The notes under the pieces: model-generated
Databases searched by the model: none
Seen by the model: the letters and a program-made list of their open reading frames with translations, nothing else
Told to the model about the DNA's origin: nothing
Position numbers and translations under genes: made by a program
Shown here: positions 1 through 11,648 of the stretch, one piece after another
Layout: every line of letters starts with the position of its first letter
How positions within the stretch are numbered: the stretch's first letter is position 1
Assembly: GCA_002269645.1 (NCBI GenBank)
Contig: NIVC01000925.1
Span: forward strand, 62,001 to 126,000
DNA length: 64,000 nucleotides
Reading direction: 5' to 3'
DNA from: Macrostomum lignano
Lineage: Eukaryota

Positions 1-385
1 CTGATCTACCAGATTCAGTAGGTCACTGATCTACCAGATTCAGTAGGTCACTGATCTACCAGATTCAGTAGGCCACTGATCTACCAGATTCAGTAGGCCA
101 CTGATCTACCAGATGCTGTAGGTCACTGATCTACCAGATTCAGTAGGCCACTGATCTACCAGATGCTGTAGGTCACTTATCTACCAGATTCAGTAGGTCA
201 CTGATCTACCAGATTTAGTAGGTCACTTATCTACCAGATTCAGTAGGTCACTGATCTACCAGATGCTGTAGGTCACTGATCTACCAGATTCAGTAGGTCA
301 CTGATCTACCAGATGCTGTAGGTCACTGATCTACCAGATTCAGTAGGTCACTGATCTACCAGATGCTGTAGGTCACTGATCTATC
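1..385. repeat. 25-bp minisatellite (CTGATCTACCAGATTCAGTAGGTCA / ...GATGCTGTAGGTCA variants), truncated by the window start
   Basis: About 15 tandem 25-bp units visible; no unique spacers. Confidence 0.95.
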
Positions 386-1384
386 ATATTATGTTGGGTA
401 TCAATCTAGATTGTGTAGGTCACTGATGTACTGTGAGCATTAGGTGTACTACTTAGTTTTACATCAACTAATCAACTAATTTTCAGCGTTTAGTTATTGA
501 AGTTTCTGTGTCCAATTTTTACCGACGAAAATATTAGTTACTAACTTGTCGCTTGTTTAGCAAACAATTAATTATAAATTATTGCAATCGAGTTTTTATT
601 TAAGTTGTGTGCTTTTGTGTATATTGATAGCAACTAATTACAGTAGTATAAGCAACTGCTGCTTGCTTTGCTTATATTATAACCGACCTACTGCTGCAAT
701 ACTATGCTTCGCAAAATTGTCATTTATTATGTTAATTAAAAATATAGTTACCTTCTCTATAGCTGTTTTTGTTAGTTTACAGTAAAACTAAAGTTAATTT
801 ACCCTTAATTGATTAGTAGGCACTCCAGGCTTTTTGCTTTTTCATTTCGCTTCATTTATTAGCTAATTTTTGTCACCTGTCCTAATTGTCCCTTCTAAGT
901 CAACTTTTGAATCAACTACTGATTAGGGCTTGATAAAGTAGTATGTAGCGAAATGTTGCTATTTTTTGTGCAATACATTTTTGCAATAATTTTTTAACAA
1001 GAATTGTGTCTCTCTAATTAAGGTCGGTCTATTTTCCAAAAGGATTCAATTGATTGTTGAAAGATCTTTTTGTCGAAGATCAACGATTTTTTTATTCTAG
1101 ATATTTATTACATAATTAATTGATAATTAACTTTTTTGAAATTATTCGCTCGACACAGTCTTTATATATATAAATAGATGTATATTATTACACTTGCCTA
1201 TGCTTATTGTGCAATCCTATGTCGGTTTTTTATGACTTATTTTCTTTTGTATACTGTCTAGTCATGAAATATCCCACTATTATTTTAAACTAGATAGTCT
1301 CTCAATTCTACTCCAAATAAACTCCCAAATCTAGCCCAAATAATCTACTAAATCTACGAGTACCCTAAATAATTTCCAAAATCT

Positions 1385-3377
1385 ACATCAGATAGTCTCC
1401 CAAATCTACCTCAGAGAATCTCCCGAATCTACCTTTTTTATTAGAGGCAGGGGGGTTGTGTGCACCCTGGCGCACTTTAAGCGACATAGGCACACAACCG
1501 GCGAGAGGCATTACTGCCCATTCCGCCGACTCCCCTGAGCAGGCATACAAGCGCGCGGATACGTACGCAGGCACACACTCACACAGGAGTGTACAGCGGC
1601 CCTAACGTTATATTATCGTTAGGCATGTACACTTCACTGCGCCTTGGGGAGTTGGCTCTCAAGGCCGTTGATTGCACGAGCAGAGCCAAGCCGAGATTCC
1701 AATTCAGCCCCAAATTAATGTGACTGCACTTGGAATCGAGCCTGGGTCGCTGGAACACCAGAGCAGCTGCGCTACCGCTGGGCTACGGCCCCCCTCCCGA
1801 ATCTACCTTTGATAATCTCCCAAATGTACCCCAGATAATCTCCCAAATATACCATAAATAATCTCTCAAATCTACCTCAGAGAATCTCCCGAATCTACCT
1901 TTGATAATCTCCCAAATCTACCTTAGATAAGTTTCCAAATCTACCTTAGATAAACTCCCAAATCTACCTAAGATAGACTCCCAAATCTACCTTAGATAAA
2001 ATCCCAAATCTACCTAAGATAGACTCCCAAATCTACCTTAGATAATCTCCCCTAAATCTACCTTAGATAATCTCCCAAATCTACCTAAGATAGACTCCCA
2101 AATCTACCTTAGATAAACTCCCAAATCTACCTAAGATAGACTCCCAAATCTACCTTAGATAAGTTTCCAAATCTACCTTAGATAAACTCCCAAATCTACC
2201 TAAGATAGACTCCCAAATCTACCTTAGATAAAATCCCAAATCTACCTAAGATAGACTCCCAAATCTACCTTAGATAATCTCCCCTAAATCTACCTTAGAT
2301 AATCTCCCAAATCTACCTAAGATAGACTCCCAAATCTACCTTAGATAAACTCCCAAATCTACCTAAGATAGACTCCCAAATCTACCTTAGATAATCTCCC
2401 AAATCTACCTAAGATAGACTCCCAAATCTACCTTAGATAATCTCCCCTAAATCTACCTTAGATAATCTCCCAAATCTACCTAAGATAGACTCCCAAATCT
2501 ACCTAAGATAGACTCCCAAATCTACCTTAGATAATCTCCCAAATCTACCTAAGATAGACTCCCAAATCTACCTTAGATAATCTCCCCTAAATCTACCTTA
2601 GATAATCTCCCAAATCTACCTAAGATAGACTCCCAAATCTACCTAAGATAGACTCCCAAATCTACCTTAGATAAACTCCCAAATCTACCTAAGATAGACT
2701 CCCAAATCTACCTTAGATAATCTCCCAAATCTACCTAAGATAGACTCCCAAATCTACCTTAGATAATCTCCCCTAAATCTACCTAATATAGACTCCCAAA
2801 TCTACCTAAGATAGACTCCCAAATCTACCTTAGATAATCTCCCAAATCTACCTAAGATAGACTCCCAAATCTACCTTAGATAATCTCCCCTAAATCTACC
2901 TTAGATAATCTCCCAAATCTACCTAAGATAGACTCCCAAATCTACCTTAGATAATCTCCCAAATCTACCTTAGATAAACTCCCAAATCTACCTAAGATAG
3001 ACTCCCAAATCTACCTTAGATAATCTCCCAAATCTACCTAAGATAGACTCCCAAATCTGCCTTAGATAATCTCCCCTAAATCTACCTTAGATAAACTCCC
3101 AAATCTACCTAAGATAGACTCCCAAATCTACCTTAGATAATCTCCCCTAAATCTACCTTAGATAAAATCCCAAATCTACCTTAGATAAAATCCCAAATCT
3201 ACCTTAGATAAAATCCTAAATCTACCTTAGATAATCTCCCCTAAATCTACCTTAGATAATCTCCCCTAAATCTACCTTAGATAAAATCCCAAATCTACCT
3301 TAGATAAAATCCCAAATCTACCTTAGATAAAATCCCAAATCTACCTTAGATAAAATCCCAAATCTACCTTAGATAAT
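1385..3377. repeat. 22-24-bp minisatellite (AAATCTACCTTAGATAATCTCCC variants), interrupted near its left end by a SINE
   Basis: Continuous tandem units; each contains the ATCTA-CCT-TAGAT palindrome. Confidence 0.95.
1437..1793 (-). mobile_element. tRNA-derived SINE with a 17-bp target-site duplication
   Basis: Minus strand starts GGGGGGCCGTAGCCCAGCGG (A box), has GGCTCGATTCC (B box) and ends AATAAAAAA. Direct repeat CTCCCGAATCTACCTTT at 1420-1436 and 1794-1810. Confidence 0.85.
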
Positions 3378-3540
3378 TTTGAAAATATCTTCCAGAAAGT
3401 CCGGAGTTAATTAGTTCAGTCACCACAAAACCTCGTTTTTTAATCTTCTAATTTAATGATCTGTTGCAATCTTCAAAGCGGAGTTAACTGCGAATTATAA
3501 ATTTTTACGACACGCAACGACCCTAGCCACAATTTTACGC

Positions 3541-4023
3541 ATGTCGGCCGCCGCCGCCGCAGCCTCATCAGCCGCCTCAGTCTCCGAGCCAGACGAGTTC
3601 TCATTTAGCGACAGCGATGAAGAATCGCCTAATCGACTCTACAAAGAATCTGGCGGTCCGCCAGACAGCATGATGATGCAACTATTCGAAGAGATCAGCA
3701 AAGGCGGCGGCGAACTCAAACTAGAATGGAAACGGCCTCAGCTTCCGACTGCCGGCGACAATGCCGCTTCATCTGCTACGGAATCGACGGCCAATGTGTC
3801 AACTGCAACGACAAGTGCAAGTGCTGCGAGCACTTCGTCAACTTCCACAGCCGCCGTCGCTGCCACAGCCAATCCGTTTGAATTCAGCGACGCTCCTGAA
3901 GGCGACAGTCTAGTCGGCGCCGGTTCTACCGCTGTTGGATCGTCGACTGTTGGCGCCGGGACTGCGGTGGCCGCGGCGCCTCAGCTGCGTCCACGGGGCG
4001 GCCTGCACTCGGCGAAGTTGCTT

Positions 4024-4054
<31 letters not shown>

Positions 4055-5208
4055 CGTCGCAGATGGAAAAAATTCTTGGCGATTATATGCGCAGTCGAGG
4101 CAAAATGGTCAGTTGGTCCCGCAAAAATGCGCTTATCTTCTCTTTTTTCAGTAGCATAATAAGCGTTTTTGTCCTAAAAGTGTTGTGCAAGCATCTTCAC
4201 CCAGTTTGAAACTATACCCAAATCCAGAGCAAGAGAGAAAAGCGGCACCGAAAGAGGTCTGGCTTTGACCTCTCTCCTAACTGCTCTCTCATTGGGTGAG
4301 CTGGATTGGGCCTGCCCCCTGGGCTGAGTTTTGTCCGTCTGACTTTGACCCTCTTTCCTTACTGCTCTCTCATTGGCTGAGCAAGATTAGACTTGCCCCC
4401 TGGACTGAATTTCGTCCGTCTGACTTTAACCTCTGTCCTTACTGCTCTCTCATTGGCTGAGCAAGATTAGACCTGCCCCCTGGACTGAATTTCGTCCGTC
4501 TGACTTTAACCTCTGTCCTTACTGCTCTCTCATTGGCTGAGCAAGATTAGACCTGCCCCCTGGACTGAATTTCGTCCGTCTGACTTTAACCTCTGTCCTT
4601 ACTGCTCTCTCATTGGCTGAGCAAGATTAGACCTGCCCCCTGGACTGTTTCGTCCGTCTGACTTTAACCTCTCTCCTCTCTCATTGGCTGAGTAGATTGG
4701 GCCTGCCCTAGGCTGATATTCATTTGTCTTGGGTTTACTTGTGTACATCGAGTTAAATGCTTGTTGTTGATTCTTAACCCCATATTTCTACATGCCTTCA
4801 GGAAAAGTGGTGCAGGACTGAAGGTAGCAGATGTTCAAATACTACTGAATCGACAGTTTCCGCTGTCTAAGAATAGATGCAGAACTTCCACATCTACTAC
4901 TTGATTAATAGAAAGTATAGCTAGTGTCCGGAAAATTTGGCGAATTATACGCGTACTCGGGGGTCACGCGAATTAGCATAACTGATAGACCGTCTGCCCC
5001 CCCCCCCTCTATTCATCAAGGTGGACCCAGTGAAGCTGCAGCAGCAGGTTCAGCAAGTGCAGCAGCCGCTGCAGCCGCTACCGCCCCAGCCAACTGGTAC
5101 AGCTGGGGTCGGCCTCTCCCGCGTGGTGGTCACCCAGCACGGGGCTGTCAATATTGGTGTGCCAATCACTATCCAACAGAAGCCGCCAGGTGAGATGCAC
5201 GCATTGAT

Positions 5209-5243
<35 letters not shown>

Positions 5244-5743
5244 AACATCACCAGCATCATCAGCAGCCGCAGCAACACCAGCAGCATCCGCAAAATCAGC
5301 AGCAGCCGCACCAGCAGTTGCGTCAGCCGCAGTTTATCGCTCTGGATCAGCGGGCGTCGCTTGATCGTTTCTTTCAGCAGCAGCAGCAGCAACAGCAACA
5401 CCAGCAGCATCCTCAGCATCATCCGCAGCAGCATCAGCAACAGCATCCAATTCGTCCGGCTCACATTGTTCATCTAATCCAGGGACCCCAGCTGCATCAG
5501 TTGATTCAGCATCATCAGCAGCAGCAGCAGCGTCCACAGCATCATCCGCAGCATCATCATCAGGCGGCTCCGCCTCACGGATTTGCCGCTGCTCATAGTG
5601 TTGGCCAGCCGATTCAGGTGAGCCTGGCTCCTATTGGAGCTATGCAACATCAGCAGCAGCAACAGCAGCAGCAGCAGCAGCAGCAACAGCAACAGCAGCA
5701 ACAGCCTCAGCTGCACATTGGTCACAATGCTGTGTCATCCTGA
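3541..5743 (+). CDS. PAGR1: PAGR1/PA1-like protein (PAXIP1-associated glutamate-rich protein 1) with a long Gln/His-rich C-terminal extension; 429 aa
   Basis: Exons 3541-4107 (ATG|gtcagt) and 5021-5743 (tcaag|GTG), phase 0. Motifs EFSFSDSDEE, PPDSMMMQLFEEISKGGGELKLEWK, PFEFSD and QMEKILGDYMRSRGKM occur in the same order as PAGR1 motifs (W..PCSDEE, PPPSEIQRLYELL...LEL, EFDFDD, RLDKVLSDMKRHKKL). Match is from memory, not from a search. Confidence 0.6.
4270..4710. repeat. About 80-bp tandem repeat (~5 copies) in the PAGR1-like intron
   Basis: TGACTTTAACCTCTGTCCTT recurs at 4421, 4501 and 4581; each unit carries CTCATTGGCT. Confidence 0.9.
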
Positions 5744-6027
5744 GCGACTATGCAAACATTTTCATTCTATAATGTGTGGATGAATTTGGGCAGCTGTCAG
5801 CGAGAGTTAACGACTAGTCTAAGGAATTCCCATTATACGTTTTGCTTCCCTTTAGCATCCATATCGCTTTCAGAGAAACTGGTGAAGGAGAAGCAGAGAC
5901 ATTTCAAGTTGCAGACTTTTCTGTATGGTGGAAAAGTAGGTGCCCGAGAATTTGGGATTTTAGCTTCAGCTTTAATATCAATATTGACCTTCGGTATTAG
6001 CTCGGTATTCTTTGTTAAGAACTGATT

Positions 6028-6572
6028 AGCCAATCAAAGCCACACTGCCACAGAACTCTCGGCCATAGACAATATAGCCAATCAAAGCCACTGCCACAGA
6101 ACTCTCGGCCATAGACAATATAGCCAATCAAAGCCACTGCCACAGAACTCTCGGCCATAGACAATAAAGCCAATCAAAGCCACTGCCACAGAACTGCACT
6201 CGGCCATAGACAATAAAGCCAATCAAAGCCACTGCCACAGAACTCTCGGCCATAGACAATAAAGCCAATCAAAGCCACTGCCACAGAACTGCTCTCGGCC
6301 ATAGACAATAAAGCCAATCAAAGCCACTGCCACAGAACTGCTCTCGGCCATAGACAATAAAGCTAATCAAAGCCACTGCCACAGAACTGCTCTCGGCCAT
6401 AGACAATAAAGCTAATCAAAGCCACTGCCACAGAACTGCTCTCGGCCATAGACAATAAAGCTAATCAAAGCCACTGCCACAGAACTGCTCTCGGCCATAG
6501 ACAATAAAGCTAATCAAAGCCACTGCCACAGAACTGCTCTCGGCCATAGACAATAAAGCTAATCAAAGACAC
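6028..6572. repeat. 46-49-bp minisatellite (AGCCAATCAAAGCCACTGCCACAGAACT[GC]TCTCGGCCATAGACAATAA)
   Basis: About 11 tandem units with a left-to-right gradient of variants. Confidence 0.92.
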
Positions 6573-7680
6573 TATCACAGCTTTTAGTATAATTATCCAC
6601 TTAATTGACTTTTACTGGCTATCGTCAAATCATATTTTTTGTTTTGAGGCGTTGAAAGTCAAAATTAATATTTTGCTTTTGATAACTGATTTAACTTGTT
6701 TTAGTCAATCTCTAGTGAAAAAAAGTACTTTAGTAAACCTAAAATGGTGTATCACAATAAAAAAGATTGATAACATTTATGAGCTATTTTATTTTGTTAT
6801 AATTGCTTCTTACATTACTCGTATTCCCTTTCTTTGTCATTTATTAATTTGAGCAGTCACAGAACTTTTTTCTCACAAGTTTTAAACTATTAATATTTCT
6901 ATTCCAACTTGTATTCGGTAAAAAAATGTTGTTACCTTTATCCTTGCGAGCGTTATATTAATCGACTTTAACTATTCCATTTGTAAAGTAAAGAGGCATT
7001 GAAATTGTTTATAATAATTGATTTTTGTCAGCTATCAACGTATGCTCGTATGATTGTTTTGTATAAAAACTATTCTATATGCTATTGTACTCGTACCTCT
7101 TGGTTAATATTTTTTAAAAGTACATTACAGCATTTTATACATTAGCTAGATTTTGTGTATAAAATTTGTTGTAATCAAATATTATTAATAGTGCTAATGT
7201 TGTTTGCTTTATTATAGTTTTATGTTAGCTTTGTTGTTTTGTAGTTGATCTGTTTTTCCGGTACACACAATATTATAAATTACACTCAATATACAATTAA
7301 TTATTAAATGCACGAACAATTTAGACATTTGTCATTACATCTGGTCTTTGTCAATAGCTATAATTACATTTTAAAAATTCACTATGAATAAATACTTATT
7401 TATCTTTGTAATTTGTTAAAATTAACAACCTAAGAGGGTAGGCCACAGCTCAGTTAAAACTTGGATAAGTGTAATTAGAATGAAATTTGATAGTCTTAAT
7501 TTACTTTAATCTGGTCTGATCTGGTAAACTCTGCACTTGTATGTTACGAGGGTTGTCTAAAAAATGAAAATCGAAAATAGGAAAAAGTAATATAATCTCA
7601 TCTTTCATTGTGCGACTGTGTCGCTTACTTTTTTGGTCTATGGTGGCTCATACAGTTACAAAAAGGATTATTTGTCGAAG

Positions 7681-8300
7681 TATACTCAGCAACATTGAAA
7701 AGTCGCCACCCTTTGCCCCAGTGAGCAGTGCCTTTCGACCAGCGTTTATCAGCTGGGCAACAATTGTAATATTTAAAAATGCTTGAAAAAAACAATTAAA
7801 ACCGGGCGGAAGCCTCAATCCATTCAATCTTTGACCTTTGCTCTGCTCACCCAGCCTGTAGAGATCTCCAAATATGGTACAAAGTAAGTACTATAAGTAG
7901 TAACGTAAAAATTCAAAACTAAATTATGTAGCATCTCCAAATACGATACAAAGTAAACTACTATAAGTAGCAACATAAAAATGCGAAAACTTATAATCTA
8001 AAAACACCAAGTGGTCACACTCTATTTTTAGAAGACCTCGAAAACAACGAGTAATCATCTTATGTAACATCTAAAAAAGAATTCCAAATATGGTATTGAT
8101 GCGCAAAACCTATTGTATTCTATTCAATTTTCGAGAGGTCAAAATTCCAAAACGCAAATGAGTCACCTTCCCAAAATAACCTGTTTACCCCAAAAGTTTA
8201 CTAAAAGAGTGGCGCAAGTTGCGTCACTCAAAAGTCAACAATGAGCTATAATTTACTGCGCACTCTCAAAGGTGGCGACTTTTAAATGTTGTTGAGTATA
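7681..8300. mobile_element. Non-autonomous TIR element (MITE), probably Tc1/mariner type
   Basis: 30-bp inverted repeats at 7681-7710 and 8271-8300 (2 mismatches); both ends are TA; no transposase ORF. Confidence 0.75.
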
Positions 8301-8424
8301 GATAACACAGTGTGTGCTACAACTGGTTCACTTTCCGTTTTGAACTACCTGCAACCAACGACAGTTTACGTACACTTTTGACAAAAGTCAATCAGTTCTA
8401 ACTAGCTCTCTGGCGGGGGGTGAT

Positions 8425-9737
8425 AGCTATCTAGGGATGCTTGCTATCCAGGGATGCTTGCTATCCAGGGATGCTTGCTATCCAGGGATGCTTGCTATCC
8501 AGGGATGCTTGCTATCCAGGGATGCTTGCTATCCATGGATGCTTGCTATCCAGGGATGCTTGCTATCCAGGATGCTTGCTATCCAGGGATGCTTGCTATC
8601 CAGGGATGCTTGCTATCCAGGGATGCTTGCTATCCAGGGATGCTTGCTATCCAGGGATGCTTGCTATCTAGGGACTCTTAATATCCAGGGATGCTTGCTA
8701 TCCAGGATGCTTGCTATCCAGGGATGCTTGCTATCCAGGGATGCTTGCTATCCAGGGATGCTTGCTATCCAGGGATGCTTGCTATCCAGGGATGCTTGCT
8801 ATCCAGGGATGCTTGCTATCCAGGGATGCTTGCTATCCAGGGATGCTTGCTATCCAGGGATGCTTGCTATCCAGGGATGCTTGCTATCCAGGGATGCTTG
8901 CTATCCAGGGATGCTTGCTATCCAGGGATGCTTGCTATCCAGGGATGCTTGCTATCCAGGGATGCTTGCTATCCAGGGATGCTTGCTATCCAGGGATGCT
9001 TGCTATCCAGGGATGCTTGCTATCCAGGATGCTTGCTATCCAGGGATGCTTGCTATCCAGGGATGCTTGCTATCCAGGGATGCTTGCTATCCAGGGATGC
9101 TTGCTATCCAGGGACGCTTGCTATCCAGGGATGCTTGCTATCCAGGGATGCTTGCTATCCAGGGATGCTTGCTATCCAGGGATGCTTGCTATCCAGGGAT
9201 GCTTGCTATCCAGGGATGCTTGCTATCCAGGGATGCTTGCTATCCAGGGATGCTTGCTATCCAGGGATGCTTGCTATTCAGGGATGCTTGCTATCCAGGG
9301 ATGCTTGCTATCCAGGATGCTTGCTATCCAGGATGCTTACTATCCAGGGATGCTTGCTATCCAGGGATGCTTGCTATCCAGGGATGCTTGCTATCCAGGG
9401 ATGCTTGCTATCCAGGGATGCTTGCTATCCAGGGATGCTTGCTATCCAGGGATGCTTGCTATCCAGGGATGCTTGCTATCCAGGGATGCTTGCTATCCAG
9501 GGATGCTTGCTATCCAGGGATGCTTGCTATCCAGGGATGCTTGCTATCCAGGGATGCTTGCTATCCAGGGATGCTTGCTATCTAGGGACTCTTGCTATCC
9601 AGGGATGCTTGCTATCCAGGGATGCTTGCTATCTAGGGACTCTTAATATCCAGGGATGTTTGCTATCCAGGGACTCTTGCTATCCAGGGATGCTTGCTAT
9701 CCAGGGATGCTTGCTATCCAGGGATGCTTGCTATCTG
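8425..9737. repeat. 17-bp minisatellite (CCAGGGATGCTTGCTAT)n
   Basis: About 75 near-identical units; source of the spurious MLAIQGCLLSRDACYPG ORFs. Confidence 0.97.
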
Positions 9738-9960
9738 GGTGATGCTTTATATTTAGGGGGAATGCCTATTATCTTTGTGAAGGCTTTTTTGTTGTGTACT
9801 TTTGTTACTTTGAGAAAAAGAGATTCATAGCAAACATCATTGTCTAAGACAATTTTACTTAAATAAGGTGATTTATAAAATTGAAGAAGGAAATGATTCT
9901 TAAGAAAATGTGCTTTTTAATGGATTTTCATGAAAAAAATTTGCTCTTTGCTTCTTTGCT

Positions 9961-9989
9961 AGTGCCCTGAAGGGGGCACTAATTGCTAG
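9961..9989 (+). mobile_element. Helitron-like 3' terminus; 5' end not located
   Basis: Hairpin AGTGCCC-TGAAGG-GGGCACT, then 5 nt, then CTAG followed by T. Confidence 0.55.
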
Positions 9990-9992
9990 TCA

Positions 9993-11263
9993 GTTCTAAC
10001 AATTGCCAACCAATTCCGTCAAGTGGCGTAGAAAGCAAGAGCCTGCGCATTATCGTTTTTCTGGTTGAAATTTGTATTCCGCAAATTCAATTCCGACTCT
10101 TTTAAATCGATTAAGACAATTAGATAATGATGCTAGTGATGCAATAAACTGGGGTGGCAATGGAGAAGTTAGGTAAGAAAATTAATCGATAACACATGTA
10201 CACAGACTACACCCGCAAACCCTCCAATTGGTTTGCAATGCAATGGTTTGCAATTCAATTCCGACACTTTTAAATCGATTAAGACAATTAGATAATGATG
10301 CTAGTGATGCAATAAACTGGGGTGGCAATGGAGAAGTTAGGTAAGGAAATTAATCGATAACACATGTACACAGACTACACCCGCAAACCCTCCAATTGGT
10401 TTGCAATGCAATGGTTTGCAATTCAATTCCGACTCTTTTAAATCGATTAAGACAATTAGAAAATGATGCTAGTGATGCAATAAACTGGGGTGGCAATGGA
10501 GAAGTTAGGTAAGGAAATTAATCGATAACACATGTACACAGACTACACCCGCAAACCCTCCAATTGGTTTGCAATGCAATGGTTTGCAATGCAATTTTTT
10601 GCAATTCAATTCCGACTCTTTTAAATCGATTAAGACAATTAGAAAATGATGCTAGTGATGCAATAAACTGGGGTGGCAATGGAGAAGTTAGGTAAGGAAA
10701 TTAATCGATAACACATGTACACAGACTACACCCGCAAACCCTCCAATTGGTTTGCAATGCAATGGTTTGCAATTCAACTCCGACTCTTTTAAATCGATTA
10801 AGACAATTAGAAAATGATGCTAGTGATGCAATAAACTGGGGTGGCAATGGAGAAGTTAGGTAAGGAAATTAATCGATAACACATGTACACAGACTACACC
10901 CGCAAACCCTCCAATTGGTTTGCAATGCAATGGTTTGCAATTCAATTCCGACACTTTTAAATCGATTAAGACAATTAGATAATGATGCTAGTGATGCAAT
11001 AAACTGGGGTGGCAATGGAGAAGTTAGGTAAGGAAATTAATCGATAACACATGTACACAGACTACACCCGCAAACCCTCCAATTGGTTTGCAATGTGGAT
11101 ATATGTACATTTGAAAGTCAATACGGAAAAGGTTTGGAGAACCTATAATTAATTATTTGTCTTAATCGATTGAAAAGTGTCGGAATTGAGTTTGCAGAAA
11201 TTTCAACCAGAAAAACGATAATGATCTCAGGCTCCTACGCAATTGGTTGGCAATTGTTACAAC
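9993..11263. mobile_element. Long-TIR non-autonomous element whose interior is amplified as a 168-bp tandem array
   Basis: 9993-~10120 is the imperfect reverse complement of ~11153-11263 (shared ACAATTGCCAACCAATT, ATTATCGTTTTTCTGGTTGAAATTT, AATCGATTAAGACAA); no clear TSD. Confidence 0.7.
10085..11097. repeat. 168-bp tandem repeat, 6 copies
   Basis: (T/C)TCCGAC starts at 10091, 10259, 10427, 10610, 10778 and 10946 (one unit is 183 bp). Confidence 0.93.
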
Positions 11264-11648
11264 TAAATGACTGTTTGTCGCAACTGGTTAATAACCGAAG
11301 CTGTCGCAATCAAAAAGCATCGGAATCGAGTGGAAGAAAATTAAAATTGGTTGCAGCTGTAGTTCAAAACTGAAATGGGAAAAGGTGGTATAGTCAGTTC
11401 AAGCAATTTAAGCAAGCGATATGTGGTATAAATATCCTAATATCATAGTGCATGCAATTAGGATCATTTAAGAGGAACGAGACGTCATATAGCAGCTTTT
11501 TCTTGAACTCCAGTTTTGAGTCAACGGAATTGGTTAAATTAATTCAGTCATCTTAAAATGAAAAGACGCAGATGAAGTGACGTAAGTCCATGTACCATAC
11601 ACGTACTTACACTTTGCATGTAATCTAGCCAAGTCAAGTCAATTTCGG

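Noticed and set aside
1-385. CRISPR-like array of palindromic 25-37-bp repeats (also considered at 12905 and 40825)
   Set aside because: Units are contiguous with no unique spacers, there are no cas genes, and the DNA is eukaryotic
1722-1793. Bona fide tRNA gene (also considered at 13558-13625)
   Set aside because: A and B boxes are present, but I could not build a full cloverleaf, and both continue into SINE bodies with tails and TSDs
4802-4823. 22-nt micro-exon (cag|GAAAAG...GAAG|gtag) in the PAGR1-like intron
   Set aside because: Inclusion would shift the frame of the phase-0 junction, and the donor is weak
5078-5725. Antisense poly-Leu and poly-Ala ORFs
   Set aside because: Shadows of the CAG-rich polyQ exon on the opposite strand
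7546-8045. Mariner-like TIR pair TACGAGGGTTGTCTAAAAA / TTTTTAGAAGACCTCG
   Set aside because: Poor match, and it would interleave with, rather than nest around, the better-supported 7681-8300 MITE
8437-9830. Long ORFs (311-382 aa) over the 17-bp array
   Set aside because: They are translations of a stop-free minisatellite, open in all three frames, with no unique coding flanks
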